From contig CAYMEV010000027.1 in NCBI GenBank assembly GCA_964389675.1, positions 1 through 39,669 of the forward strand: a DNA stretch of 39,669 nt. The letters are read 5' to 3'. Shown here one piece after another: positions 1 to 9,360 of this stretch. The DNA is from an uncultured Candidatus Sumerlaeota bacterium (GTDB lineage: Bacteria > CAYMEV01). Within the stretch, counting starts at the first letter, position 1, and every line of letters starts with the position of its first letter. The position numbers and the translations under genes are program-made. The notes below the pieces were generated by a model. That model made no database searches. It was not told where the DNA came from and saw only the letters and a list, made by a program, of their open reading frames with translations.

Positions 1-1574
1 TAAAGCCTTTCAGTGTCTCTCCTGTGAAGCCCTATACTTGGCTCATCCAGGATATACAGCACCCCTGTAAGGCCAGAGCCGATCTGAGTGGCCAGCCTGA
101 TCCTCTGGCCTTCTCCGCCTGAGAGTGTTGCTGATTCTCTGTTCAGTGTCAGGTATTCCAGTCCTACCTGAATAAGAAACCCTAATCTGTTTTTTATCTC
201 TTTGACGATCTTTGAGGAGATTACAGCTTTTTCACCCTCAAATTCATTGTCTTCAAACAGATTATAAAGCTTATCGATCGAAAGATCGCAGAGCTCATAA
301 ATATTCAGCCCGAATATCCTGCAGGAGAGGGCTTCTTTTTTCAGCCTCATTCCTCCGCATTTCTGGCAGGGGTTCTTTTTCATGAAATTCTCAATCTCTT
401 TTTTGACATAATCAGATTCTGTTTCCATATAGCGTCTCTGCAGATTGTTTATAATGCCTTCGAAAGGCTTGGTGGTAATAAATACTGAATTAATTCCCTG
501 ATATTCAATATTGATATCCCTAGAGCCAGTCCCATAAAGCACTGCTTTCTGATGATTTTCAGACAATTTGCTGAAAGGCTCTTTCATAGAAAAACCCACC
601 TGCTTTGCAAGGGATTTTAATATGCTTGAATAAAAAGCACCCTCCATATTCCTGAAAGGCTTGATGGCTCCCTCTTTAAGGCTAAGCTTCTTATCCGGGA
701 TCACAAGGTCAGGGTCTACAGATGCTGTATAACCGAGACCATGGCATTCCGGGCATGCCCCATAGGGGCTGTTGAAAGAAAATGCCCTGGGATTAAGGTC
801 TGAAATCCCTATATTGCAGTCGATACAGCTGAAGTTCTGGGAAAACAGCTCTTCCCTGTCATTATAGATCACCTTTATAATACCATGGCTTAGTGATCCT
901 GCAAGTTCACAAGCCTCTATTATCCGCTGTTTTCTTTCTTCATTTATTGTCAGTCTGTCAATCAGGATGTCAATATCGTGCTTTTTGTTCTTCTCAAGCG
1001 ATATCTGTTCATCAAGATAATATTCCATGCCATCGGCCCTTGCAATTGAGAACCCTGCAGAAAGAAGCCTTATGAACTCATTTTTGAACTCACCCTTCTT
1101 TCCTCTGATAATAGGCGAGTATATCTTGATCTTCTTTTTATCATATTTTTTCATTATTTCAGCTGAAATATCCTGTATAGTGCTTGCTTTGATCCTCTTT
1201 CCACAATTAGGGCAGAAGACATCTGATGCTTTTGAATAGAGAAGCCTCAGATAATCATATATTTCTGTAATAGTGCCTACTGTCGACCTGGGGTTCTTTG
1301 AAACTGTTTTCTGCTCTATTGCAATGCTTGGAGACAGGCCATCTATGCTGTCAACATCCGGCTTGTCCATCTGCTTAAGGAATTGCCTTGCATAAGCGCT
1401 GAGGCTCTCTACATATCTTCTCTGCCCCTCAGCATAAAGGGTATCAAAGGCCAGGGTGCTCTTTCCTGAACCGGAAAGCCCTGTGATAATAATAAGCTTA
1501 TACTTTGGAATACCAAGATCTATATTTTTGAGGTTATGTTCCCTCGCACCCTTTATTATAATATCATTAAGCAT
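1..1574 (-). CDS. uvrA: Excinuclease ABC subunit A, N-terminal part (runs off the left edge; absent from the ORF track)
   Basis: Manual translation from ATG at 1574 gives MLNDIIIKGAREHNLKNIDL..ITGLSGSGKSTLAFDTLYAEGQRRYVESLSAYARQFL. Near the window edge it reads TLSGGEGQRIRLATQIGSGLTGVLYILDEPSIGLH. Confidence 0.98.
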   Translation of the reverse strand, partial: MLNDIIIKGAREHNLKNIDLGIPKYKLIIITGLSGSGKSTLAFDTLYAEGQRRYVESLSAYARQFLKQMDKPDVDSIDGLSPSIAIEQKTVSKNPRSTVGTITEIYDYLRLLYSKASDVFCPNCGKRIKASTIQDISAEIMKKYDKKKIKIYSPIIRGKKGEFKNEFIRLLSAGFSIARADGMEYYLDEQISLEKNKKHDIDILIDRLTINEERKQRIIEACELAGSLSHGIIKVIYNDREELFSQNFSCIDCNIGISDLNPRAFSFNSPYGACPECHGLGYTASVDPDLVIPDKKLSLKEGAIKPFRNMEGAFYSSILKSLAKQVGFSMKEPFSKLSENHQKAVLYGTGSRDINIEYQGINSVFITTKPFEGIINNLQRRYMETESDYVKKEIENFMKKNPCQKCGGMRLKKEALSCRIFGLNIYELCDLSIDKLYNLFEDNEFEGEKAVISSKIVKEIKNRLGFLIQVGLEYLTLNRESATLSGGEGQRIRLATQIGSGLTGVLYILDEPSIGLHRRDTERL

Positions 1575-1691
1575 ATTTGTATTCCCGCTTCCCGTTTCCT
1601 CAGGTTTTTATTGTTCTATATCTACTTAATACTGTTAAAAAATGTTTGATTTTTTATAATACATAAATATTGTAAATATAATAAAAAATTC

Positions 1692-1700
1692 TGATATAAT
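1692..1700 (+). promoter_or_regulatory. Extended -10 promoter (TGnTATAAT) for nadE
   Basis: TGATATAAT ends 7 nt before the nadE ATG, and no Shine-Dalgarno sequence is present. Confidence 0.6.
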
Positions 1701-1707
1701 ATATTCT

Positions 1708-3339
1708 ATGAAAATAGCATTAGCACAGATAAATCCTACTATTAATGATCTTGAAGGGAATTCTGAAAAGATCCTGGCCTTTACAGACAGGGCAGTTAAA
1801 GCAGATTGCGACCTGGTGGTCTTTCCTGAGCTTTCTTTTTGCGGATATCCTCCAAAAGACCTTCTTTTAAACCCTGATTTTGTGGACAGGTGCTTAAGCT
1901 CCTTTAATGCCCTTATAGGCAAAATACCGGGCAATATAGGTGTACTGCTGGGAAATATACATAAAGACAGTAACCTGTATAATTCCGCATTCTTTATCTA
2001 CAATGGCAAGGTCATAAATATAACTCACAAAAGCCTGCTGCCTGAATACGATGTCTTTGACGAAAAAAGATACTTTACTCCCGTCTTTGACAAGGAACCG
2101 TTAGTATTCAGGGGCAGTTCTCTGGGAATAACCCTGTGTGAGGATATCTGGATCCATGATCCTGATTTCAGGGGAAAATACAGCTATGATTCCGTCAATG
2201 CCCTGAAGGAAAAGGGGATCGACCTTCTTATAAATATGTCTGCATCACCTTTTACAAAAGGCAAGCTGGAAAAAAGGAAGAGGATGCTGAGTCATATCTC
2301 AGATTCTGCAAACCTTCCAGTTATCTATGTCAACACAGCCGGCGCAAATGACAGCCTTATATTTGACGGCTTTTCGATGGTGTATCATCCGGAAAGAGGA
2401 TTAGCCCTCCAGCTGAAAGGCTTCAGGGAAGATATCGGCTTTTTTGATACAGAAAAAGCGCTATCCAATGAAATATCCTCCTCTGTTCAATCCCCTGACA
2501 CTTATGAACTGATCCTTGAGGCTTTGATTCTTGGCGTAAAGGATTATATGGCTAAAACAGGCTTTAAAATGGCAGTTCTGGGATTATCAGGAGGAATAGA
2601 TTCCGCCCTTGTTGCATATATTGCTTCAAAGGCAATAGGCAGTGAAAATGTCCTGGCCATATCCATGCCGTCAGAATTCAGTTCCAGCGAAAGCATCGAA
2701 GATGCTGAAGAATTAGCCAGGAACCTCGGTATTAATTTCATAATCGTTCCGATCAGATCAATTTTCGAAAGCTATAAGGATGTATTATGCGATTTTCTTC
2801 CCTATGAACTTGATACGACTTACCAGAACATTCAGGCAAGGATCCGGGGAAATATTCTTATGGCTTTCTCAAACAGGGAAAAAAGGCTTGTTTTGACTAC
2901 CGGAAACAAATCAGAGTTTTCCACAGGCTACAGCACACTATATGGCGATATGGCAGGGGGCCTGTCCGTCCTGAGCGATGTATCAAAGACAGATATATAC
3001 AGGATTGCTGAACATATAAATGCCAGATCCATTATAATACCGGAAAATATTATAAAAAAACCTCCTTCGGCAGAATTGAAACCGGGCCAGAGGGATTCCG
3101 ATGAACTGCCCCCGTATGACCAGCTTGATTATCTGATAGAGATGATAATTGAGAAAAATATGCAGATCAAGGATTTAGAAGGATCAGATATACCATATGA
3201 GACTGTAAAAAGATTTATTCAGCTTTTTGAAAGGGCTGAATTCAAAAGGCAGCAGGCTCCGCTGGGGCTGAAAATATCCTCGAATGCTTTCGGCCACGGA
3301 AGGAGAATACCCATTGCAATGAAGAAGTCATTCGATTAG
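1708..3339 (+). CDS. nadE: Glutamine-dependent NAD+ synthetase
   Basis: The N-terminal nitrilase-fold glutaminase domain has the E-K-C triad (FPELSFCGYP, HKSLLPEYDVFDEKRYF, LCEDIW). The C-terminal synthetase domain has GLSGGIDSA, QNIQARIRG, TGNKSE and KPPSAEL. Confidence 0.97.
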   Translation: MKIALAQINPTINDLEGNSEKILAFTDRAVKADCDLVVFPELSFCGYPPKDLLLNPDFVDRCLSSFNALIGKIPGNIGVLLGNIHKDSNLYNSAFFIYNGKVINITHKSLLPEYDVFDEKRYFTPVFDKEPLVFRGSSLGITLCEDIWIHDPDFRGKYSYDSVNALKEKGIDLLINMSASPFTKGKLEKRKRMLSHISDSANLPVIYVNTAGANDSLIFDGFSMVYHPERGLALQLKGFREDIGFFDTEKALSNEISSSVQSPDTYELILEALILGVKDYMAKTGFKMAVLGLSGGIDSALVAYIASKAIGSENVLAISMPSEFSSSESIEDAEELARNLGINFIIVPIRSIFESYKDVLCDFLPYELDTTYQNIQARIRGNILMAFSNREKRLVLTTGNKSEFSTGYSTLYGDMAGGLSVLSDVSKTDIYRIAEHINARSIIIPENIIKKPPSAELKPGQRDSDELPPYDQLDYLIEMIIEKNMQIKDLEGSDIPYETVKRFIQLFERAEFKRQQAPLGLKISSNAFGHGRRIPIAMKKSFD

Positions 3340-3350
3340 AATTACATTCT

Positions 3351-4127
3351 TCAGACAGCATTTTCAATAACTTTTATCAAAGCAGATACACAGTCCTGGT
3401 CCCATTTCTTTCCGGAATACTTTTTTAATATCTCAAAGGCCTCTTTCCTGCTTTTAGGCTTCTGATAGGGCCTTGCCGTTGTCATGGCGTCATATCCGTC
3501 GCAGACAGCAATAATCTTCGCACCGAGCGGGATCTGGTCACCGCAGAGGCCTCTCGGATAGCCTTTGCCGTCTATCCTTTCATGGTGGCAATAGACATAC
3601 TCCAATGCTTCCCCCAGAAAATCAAGGTCTTTCAGTATATCATACCCCTTCTTAGGGTGAGACATTATCTCTTTCACAAGATGGTCAGGGTTTTTTTCTC
3701 CATGGCTCTGGAAAAGGATATCCGGAAATCCGATCTTTCCTATATCATGAAGCAATCCCCCGATCCTTACCTTTTCAGCATTTTCCCGGCCAAGGCCCAT
3801 ATGCTCTGCGATCTTCTCAGCCAGAGAAGCAACCCTCTCTGTATGGCCTTCCGTATAAACATCTCTGGTTGCAAGGATCTTTGCAATAGTTGTAAGGGTA
3901 TCAACTGTATTGTTTTTTATCTGTCTGTTTAATTCCTTTAATTCCTTTATCAGAAGCGACAACTGGTATTCACGGGCTTCAATCTTGACCATCATCATGC
4001 CGACAGCTTCACTTATTGTCCTGACAGGTTCATCCACTGTGCTGTCAGTCAGCTCCATAATGTCATCAGAGTATAAACCCTGCGATATATTCCCAAGTAT
4101 CTCGATCAGTCTCTTCAATGTATCCAT
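3351..4127 (-). CDS. HD-GYP domain cyclic di-nucleotide phosphodiesterase
   Basis: Motifs YTEGHTERV, LLHDIGKIG, HHERIDGKGYP and DAMTTARPY, preceded by an N-terminal helical/coiled-coil segment. Confidence 0.93.
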   Translation of the reverse strand: MDTLKRLIEILGNISQGLYSDDIMELTDSTVDEPVRTISEAVGMMMVKIEAREYQLSLLIKELKELNRQIKNNTVDTLTTIAKILATRDVYTEGHTERVASLAEKIAEHMGLGRENAEKVRIGGLLHDIGKIGFPDILFQSHGEKNPDHLVKEIMSHPKKGYDILKDLDFLGEALEYVYCHHERIDGKGYPRGLCGDQIPLGAKIIAVCDGYDAMTTARPYQKPKSRKEAFEILKKYSGKKWDQDCVSALIKVIENAV

Positions 4128-4140
4128 ATTCAGCTCCAGA

Positions 4141-4149
4141 ATTATATCA
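4141..4149 (-). promoter_or_regulatory. Extended -10 promoter (TGnTATAAT) for the HD-GYP gene
   Basis: The minus strand reads CTGATATAAT-tctGGAGctgaat-ATG, the same 10-mer as upstream of nadE. Confidence 0.5.
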
Positions 4150-4157
4150 GTATTTTA

Positions 4158-5030
4158 TTATTTGGCGCCTGCCTTATCCTTTATAATTGCTGTGATCTTT
4201 TCTATATAGTCCTGCCTTCTTTTCAGGTCGAATTTTATAAGCACAGAAGGGTCGCTTTCCACATGAAGGTATTTCTGCTTATATTCCTCTGCGCTTTTGC
4301 ACCAGAGTGTATGGGGATCATAATAGTAATTCTCAAGGCCTGTGATCTCAGCACCAGGCAGAATGGCCCGCGCTTTGTGGTACTGCATGAGATAATCTGC
4401 TGTATCTGTATCCTTTCTGAGGACACTGTAGCTGTGATCATTCAGATGCCTTATTGTATCTTTTTCAAGCATAGTGTACCTTCTGCCCCAGTTAAGGCCT
4501 ATAAGGCCCGTATTATCCATCCAGTGCAGGCTGATAACGGGATGGGTTTTTATGTCTGCAAAATTTCTGAAATCATCTGCAAGGTTTCCCAGAACCGTTG
4601 AATATTCATTTTTTATATATTTACCCTCTGAATCTGCAATAAGGTGTATTTTGAAATGTGATGCCCCGTGTGTTTTTAATATGTCTGTCAGCAGTATCCC
4701 CAAATTTGCCGCCATCCTTCCGCTGTAAGCTTCATCAACCCAGACAATGTCTGCTTTGTTAACTGTTTCCTTCTTCAGGTAGATCTTCAAGATCTCAAAT
4801 ACTGCTGAATTACTGACTTCATCGCAGCTTGCAGGGATATTTATTACCATGGAGCCCTTATTTATAATATTCTGGATTATTACTGTCGGAATTACAGACC
4901 CCCTGAGCAGATTAAGAAAGACAGGGTTATGCAGTTTTTCTGTCTGGCGGGCTATCTTAAGAAGGCATTCCGCCATTGAACCGGCTGATTCAGGGGTCAG
5001 ATCCCTTTCCTTTAAATATTCTTCAAACAT
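4158..5030 (-). CDS. Hypothetical protein, probable divergent type I phosphoribosyltransferase fold
   Basis: 290 aa ORF with SD AAGGTG. VFLNLLRGSVIP and IVWVDEAYSGR resemble the PRTase PPi loop and PRPP loop. Confidence 0.6.
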   Translation of the reverse strand: MFEEYLKERDLTPESAGSMAECLLKIARQTEKLHNPVFLNLLRGSVIPTVIIQNIINKGSMVINIPASCDEVSNSAVFEILKIYLKKETVNKADIVWVDEAYSGRMAANLGILLTDILKTHGASHFKIHLIADSEGKYIKNEYSTVLGNLADDFRNFADIKTHPVISLHWMDNTGLIGLNWGRRYTMLEKDTIRHLNDHSYSVLRKDTDTADYLMQYHKARAILPGAEITGLENYYYDPHTLWCKSAEEYKQKYLHVESDPSVLIKFDLKRRQDYIEKITAIIKDKAGAK

Positions 5031-5112
5031 ATTCTCACCTTATTTGAAATACTCTTCAATACTATCATTAAACAATAGAAGATTAAACTAATTTTTTTAT
5101 TTCGGATATTAA

Positions 5113-5140
5113 TTGACAAAACTTTTTAAGATATTATTTT
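5113..5140 (+). promoter_or_regulatory. Putative sigma70 promoter for rocD
   Basis: TTGACA (5113-5118), 16 nt spacer, TATTTT (5135-5140). SD GGAGG at 5161-5165. Confidence 0.45.
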
Positions 5141-5172
5141 CTTTCTGCAATGAAAAACAAGGAGGTTTTATT

Positions 5173-6384
5173 ATGATCAAGATTGGAGAAATTACAAAAA
5201 ATTATATAGAGAAATCGGAAAAATATGGTGCAAATAATTACCATCCCCTGGATATAGTAATAAAAAAGGCACAGGGCGTCTGGGTATATGATGTTGAAGG
5301 CAGAAAATTCCTTGATTGCCTCGCATCCTATAGTGCTGTCAACCAGGGGCATCTCCATCCTGAGATCCTCGAGCCTGCAATTGAGCAGATGAAAACCCTT
5401 ACACTGACTTCAAGGGCTTTCCACAATGACAGGATGGGAGATTTCCTTGAAAAGGTGTGCAGCATCACAAAGAAGGAAAAGGCCCTTCCCATGAACACAG
5501 GGGCAGAAGCCGTTGAAACAGCGATAAAGATGGCAAGGAAATGGGCCTATAAAATAAAGGGGGTACCTAAGGATAAGGCTGAGATAATCGTATGTGAGAA
5601 TAATTTTCATGGAAGGACGACAACCATAGTTGGATTCTCTACCGAGGAGGCCTATAAGGATGGCTTTGGACCTTTTACACCAAACTTTACGGTCATTCCA
5701 TACGGTGACAGCAAAGCCTTAAGATCTGCAATAAATCCCAATACAGCTGCTTTTATGGTCGAACCCATTCAGGGCGAAGGCGGTGTCCTTATCCCGAGAG
5801 AAGGGTTTATCAAGGAAAGCTATGATATATGCAGAGAGAATAATGTTCTTTTTATAGCTGATGAAATACAGACAGGGTTTGGCAGAACAGGCAGAATGTT
5901 CTGCTGTGACTGGGAGAATGTTAAGCCTGATGTTTATATTCTGGGCAAGGCGATCAGCGGCGGTTTTTATCCTGTTTCAGCGGTTGCCGCTGATGATTGT
6001 ATTATGAAGGTCTTCAAACCTGGAGAGCATGGGTCCACATTTGGAGGTAACCCTCTCGGATCAGCAATAGCTATTGCCGCCATTAACGTCATCCAGAAAT
6101 ATAATCTCCCTGAGAGATCGCTGGAACTCGGCAGTTATTTTAAGGAAGAACTTTTAAGGATTAACAGCCCCTATGTAAAGGAAATAAGAGGAAAAGGCCT
6201 GTTCATAGGCATAGAGATAAAGGAAGAATGCGGTACTGCAAGGCCATTCTGTGAAAAGCTTTTCAACAGGGGGATCCTTGCAAAGGAAACACATCACCAG
6301 GTTATCAGGCTTGCCCCGCCGCTTGTCATAACAAAGGAAGAAATAGACTGGGCACTGAAAATCATCCGGGAAATCTTATCATAA
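5173..6384 (+). CDS. rocD: Ornithine--oxo-acid aminotransferase (class III PLP enzyme)
   Basis: Motifs YGANNYHPL, ASYSAVNQGH, LTLTSRAFHND, PMNTGAEAVETA, EPIQGEGG, DEIQTGFGRTG, LGKAISGG and HGSTFGGNPL. Start reassigned to ATG 5173, downstream of GGAGG. Confidence 0.96.
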   Translation: MIKIGEITKNYIEKSEKYGANNYHPLDIVIKKAQGVWVYDVEGRKFLDCLASYSAVNQGHLHPEILEPAIEQMKTLTLTSRAFHNDRMGDFLEKVCSITKKEKALPMNTGAEAVETAIKMARKWAYKIKGVPKDKAEIIVCENNFHGRTTTIVGFSTEEAYKDGFGPFTPNFTVIPYGDSKALRSAINPNTAAFMVEPIQGEGGVLIPREGFIKESYDICRENNVLFIADEIQTGFGRTGRMFCCDWENVKPDVYILGKAISGGFYPVSAVAADDCIMKVFKPGEHGSTFGGNPLGSAIAIAAINVIQKYNLPERSLELGSYFKEELLRINSPYVKEIRGKGLFIGIEIKEECGTARPFCEKLFNRGILAKETHHQVIRLAPPLVITKEEIDWALKIIREILS

Positions 6385-6388
6385 ATAT

Positions 6389-6425
6389 AAGGAAGGGAGA
6401 ATAACCATCTCCCTTCCTTCTTTTT
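6389..6425 (+). terminator. Rho-independent terminator of rocD
   Basis: 12-bp perfect stem AAGGAAGGGAGA / TCTCCCTTCCTT with a 7-nt loop, followed by CTTTTT. Confidence 0.88.
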
Positions 6426-6469
6426 GCAGGCTTATGCCGGCAACCCTATAACCGGCGATCCTTAATATA

Positions 6470-6497
6470 TTGACAATCGATCTAAAACCACTTAAAT
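6470..6497 (+). promoter_or_regulatory. Putative sigma70 promoter for ppdK
   Basis: Perfect TTGACA at 6470-6475. The -10 match (TTAAAT) is weak. Confidence 0.35.
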
Positions 6498-6553
6498 ATA
6501 AAGAATATTTTCTTATTAAAGATATTATAAAAAATTAAACAGGAGTGCAAGTT

Positions 6554-9304
6554 ATGAGTAAAAAAAGGGTATATACCTTTGGAAGAGGAAAAGCAGAAGG
6601 AAACTCAACCATGAAGAACCTGCTGGGAGGAAAAGGCTCCAATCTGGCAGAGATGTGTAATATTGGCCTGCCAATACCTGCAGGTTTCACAATAACAACC
6701 GATGTCTGCATAGAGTATTACAAGAATGAGAAAAACCTGACAAAAGATTTATATAATGAGGTAGATAGAGCAATAAAGTATACTGAAGATATTATGCAGG
6801 CTGAATTCGGCAATCCGGAAAACCCGTTGCTTATGTCGGTCAGGTCCGGAGCCAGGACTTCAATGCCTGGAATGATGGATACAATACTTAACCTTGGACT
6901 GAACGACAAAATAGTCGAAGGGTTTATTAAAAAGACCGGAAATGCAAGAGCAGGCTGGGATTCATACAGAAGATTCATACAGATGTACGGCGATGTTGTG
7001 CTGGGGATCGAACATCACTATTTCGAGGATAAACTCGACGAAACAAAAAGGGCTAAAGGGATCAGGGTCGATACTGACCTTGAGGCAGATGATCTTATAA
7101 ACCTTGTCAGGGAATATAAGAAGATCGTAAAAGCAAGGACAGGGGAAGACTTTCCGGATGATCCAAAGACACAGCTCTGGGGTGCAATTAAAGCCGTATT
7201 TGATTCGTGGAACACAAAAAGGGCGATTAAATACAGGGCTATCAATCATATACCCGATGACTGGGGTACAGCTGTAAATGTAATGGCTATGGTTTTTGGA
7301 AACATGGGGTGGAACTCCGGTACAGGAGTAGCTTTTACCAGGAACCCTGCAAGCGGTGAGAATAAATTCTATGGTGAATACCTGAGAAATGCACAGGGAG
7401 AAGATGTAGTAGCAGGAATAAGGACACCTCAGCCCATAAACAGTTCTGACAAAACATCAGATGAGCAGGAATCACTTGAGGAAGCTCTTCCAGAGTCCTA
7501 TAAACAGCTGATTGATATCAGGGAAAAGCTTGAGAAGCATTATAAGGAGATGCAGGATATCGAATTTACGATACAGGAAGGCAAACTATGGATGCTTCAG
7601 ACAAGGAACGGCAAAAGGACGGGATTCGCAGCTGTCAGGATTGCTGTCGAGATGGCTGAGGATGGCCTGATCCCGGAAGAAGAGGCAATTCTCCGCGTGG
7701 ATCCTGAAAGCATTATACAGCTGCTGGCGCCTGTATTTGACAATGTTCAAAAGGATAAAATGCTTCAGGAAAGCAAGCTCCTTGCAAAGGGCCTGAATGC
7801 TGGCCCCGGCGCTGCCAGCGGCAGAGTAGTGTTTACTGCAAAAGATGCTGAAGAGGCCTATGCCAGAAATAAAGGCAGTAAGGAAAAAACTATGCTTCTG
7901 CTGGTCAGGCATGAGACTTCCCCGGAAGATATAGGAGGAATGGTTATCTCCCAGGGTATTCTTACTGCAAAGGGCGGCATGACTTCACATGCAGCAGTGG
8001 TCGCCAGAGGTATGGGGATCCCCTGCGTAGCAGGTTGCGAAGCCCTCAATATCGACTATGGCAAAAAAGAGATGAAGATCGGAAAGAACATCATAAAAGA
8101 GGGAGACTGGATATCAATTGACGGATTTACCGGAGAGGTAATCCTTGGCAGGATCCCTACAAAACAATCTGAAATTATACAGGTACTCGTTGATAAAACA
8201 AAAAAGGCTGAAGACTCATATATCTATCAGCTTTATTCAAAATTCATGGGATGGGCTGAAAGATACAGGGACATGGGTGTAAGGACAAATGCTGATACGC
8301 CCAGGGATTCTGCTGTTGCGCGCGCATTTGGTGCAGAAGGGATAGGCCTCTGCAGAACTGAGCACATGTTTTTTGAAGAAGAAAGGATCAGTTCAATGAG
8401 GGAGATGATTCTCTCAGAGTCTACTGATAATAGAGAAAAAGCTCTTTCAAAGATCCTGCCTTACCAGAAAAAGGATTTCTATGGTATCCTCAAAGCCATG
8501 GAAGGCCTTCCAGTAACAATAAGGACACTTGATCCTCCCCTTCATGAATTTCTGCCGCAGGACAGTGAATCGATAAATAAGATTGCAGCTTCCATGAATG
8601 TAGATCCCGGTGTGATAATTGACAAGGTAAAGAGCCTTCATGAGATTAACCCCATGCTTGGACACAGGGGATGCAGGCTGGGCATTGCCTATCCCGAGAT
8701 CACCGCCATGCAGGCACGTGCAATATTTGAAGCGGCATGTGAACTGACAAAGGAAGGGCATAAAGTATTCCCGGAAGTCATGATCCCGCTTATATCAACA
8801 GTTAATGAGCTCCGGCTGCAAAAAGAGATTGTAACGGAAGAAGCCTTAAAAGCAATGTCAAAATATGGCGTCAAGATAGAATACCTGATAGGCACCATGA
8901 TTGAAATTCCGCGTGCATGCCTTACAGCAGACGAGGTTGCAAAGGAAGCCCAATTTTTCTCATTTGGCACCAATGACCTTACTCAAATGACCTTTGGATT
9001 CTCAAGGGATGATATAGGATCCTTCCTGCCACAATATCTCGAGCAGAAGATCCTGCCCTATGACCCGTTTGCACGGATAGATGAGAATGGAGTAGGAATT
9101 CTCGTAAAAATGGGAGTAGAAAAGGGAAGGGGCATTAACAGCAAGCTGAAAATAGGAGTTTGCGGAGAACATGGCGGCGAACCCAATTCGGTAAGGTTTT
9201 TTTATAAAACCGGGTTAAACTATGTCTCATGCTCACCAAGAAGAGTACCGGTTGCAATTTTGACAGCAGCCCAGGAAGGCCTCAAGAAAAAGCTTAACAG
9301 ATAA
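6554..9304 (+). CDS. ppdK: Pyruvate, phosphate dikinase
   Basis: Motifs LLGGKGSNLAEM, SVRSGARTSMPGMMDTILNLG, GGMTSHAAVVARG (phospho-His), GIGLCRTEHMF and FSFGTNDLTQ. Start is ATG 6554, after AGGAG. Confidence 0.98.
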   Translation: MSKKRVYTFGRGKAEGNSTMKNLLGGKGSNLAEMCNIGLPIPAGFTITTDVCIEYYKNEKNLTKDLYNEVDRAIKYTEDIMQAEFGNPENPLLMSVRSGARTSMPGMMDTILNLGLNDKIVEGFIKKTGNARAGWDSYRRFIQMYGDVVLGIEHHYFEDKLDETKRAKGIRVDTDLEADDLINLVREYKKIVKARTGEDFPDDPKTQLWGAIKAVFDSWNTKRAIKYRAINHIPDDWGTAVNVMAMVFGNMGWNSGTGVAFTRNPASGENKFYGEYLRNAQGEDVVAGIRTPQPINSSDKTSDEQESLEEALPESYKQLIDIREKLEKHYKEMQDIEFTIQEGKLWMLQTRNGKRTGFAAVRIAVEMAEDGLIPEEEAILRVDPESIIQLLAPVFDNVQKDKMLQESKLLAKGLNAGPGAASGRVVFTAKDAEEAYARNKGSKEKTMLLLVRHETSPEDIGGMVISQGILTAKGGMTSHAAVVARGMGIPCVAGCEALNIDYGKKEMKIGKNIIKEGDWISIDGFTGEVILGRIPTKQSEIIQVLVDKTKKAEDSYIYQLYSKFMGWAERYRDMGVRTNADTPRDSAVARAFGAEGIGLCRTEHMFFEEERISSMREMILSESTDNREKALSKILPYQKKDFYGILKAMEGLPVTIRTLDPPLHEFLPQDSESINKIAASMNVDPGVIIDKVKSLHEINPMLGHRGCRLGIAYPEITAMQARAIFEAACELTKEGHKVFPEVMIPLISTVNELRLQKEIVTEEALKAMSKYGVKIEYLIGTMIEIPRACLTADEVAKEAQFFSFGTNDLTQMTFGFSRDDIGSFLPQYLEQKILPYDPFARIDENGVGILVKMGVEKGRGINSKLKIGVCGEHGGEPNSVRFFYKTGLNYVSCSPRRVPVAILTAAQEGLKKKLNR

Positions 9305-9343
9305 TAATAAAACAGGGATGCAGGCTTACAAGCTGCATCCCTG
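9305..9343. terminator. Hairpin terminator between convergent ppdK and mtnP
   Basis: 11-bp inverted repeat CAGGGATGCAG (9313-9323) / CTGCATCCCTG (9333-9343). The T-rich tail lies on the minus strand. Confidence 0.75.
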
Positions 9344-9360
9344 GCCATCTGAAAGCCTGC

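Noticed and set aside
893..1239. Short plus-strand ORFs from the track (893-1075, 1027-1239)
   Set aside because: Antisense shadows of uvrA, which the ORF track missed because it runs off the edge.
1575..1690. Possible LexA/SOS box upstream of uvrA (GTTC at 1613-1616)
   Set aside because: No partner half-site at the spacing of GAAC-N4-GTTC, GTTC-N7-GTTC or CTGT-N8-ACAG.
5113..5172. ORF-track N-terminal extension of rocD from TTG 5113
   Set aside because: That TTG is part of a TTGACA -35 box. The GGAGG SD supports ATG 5173.
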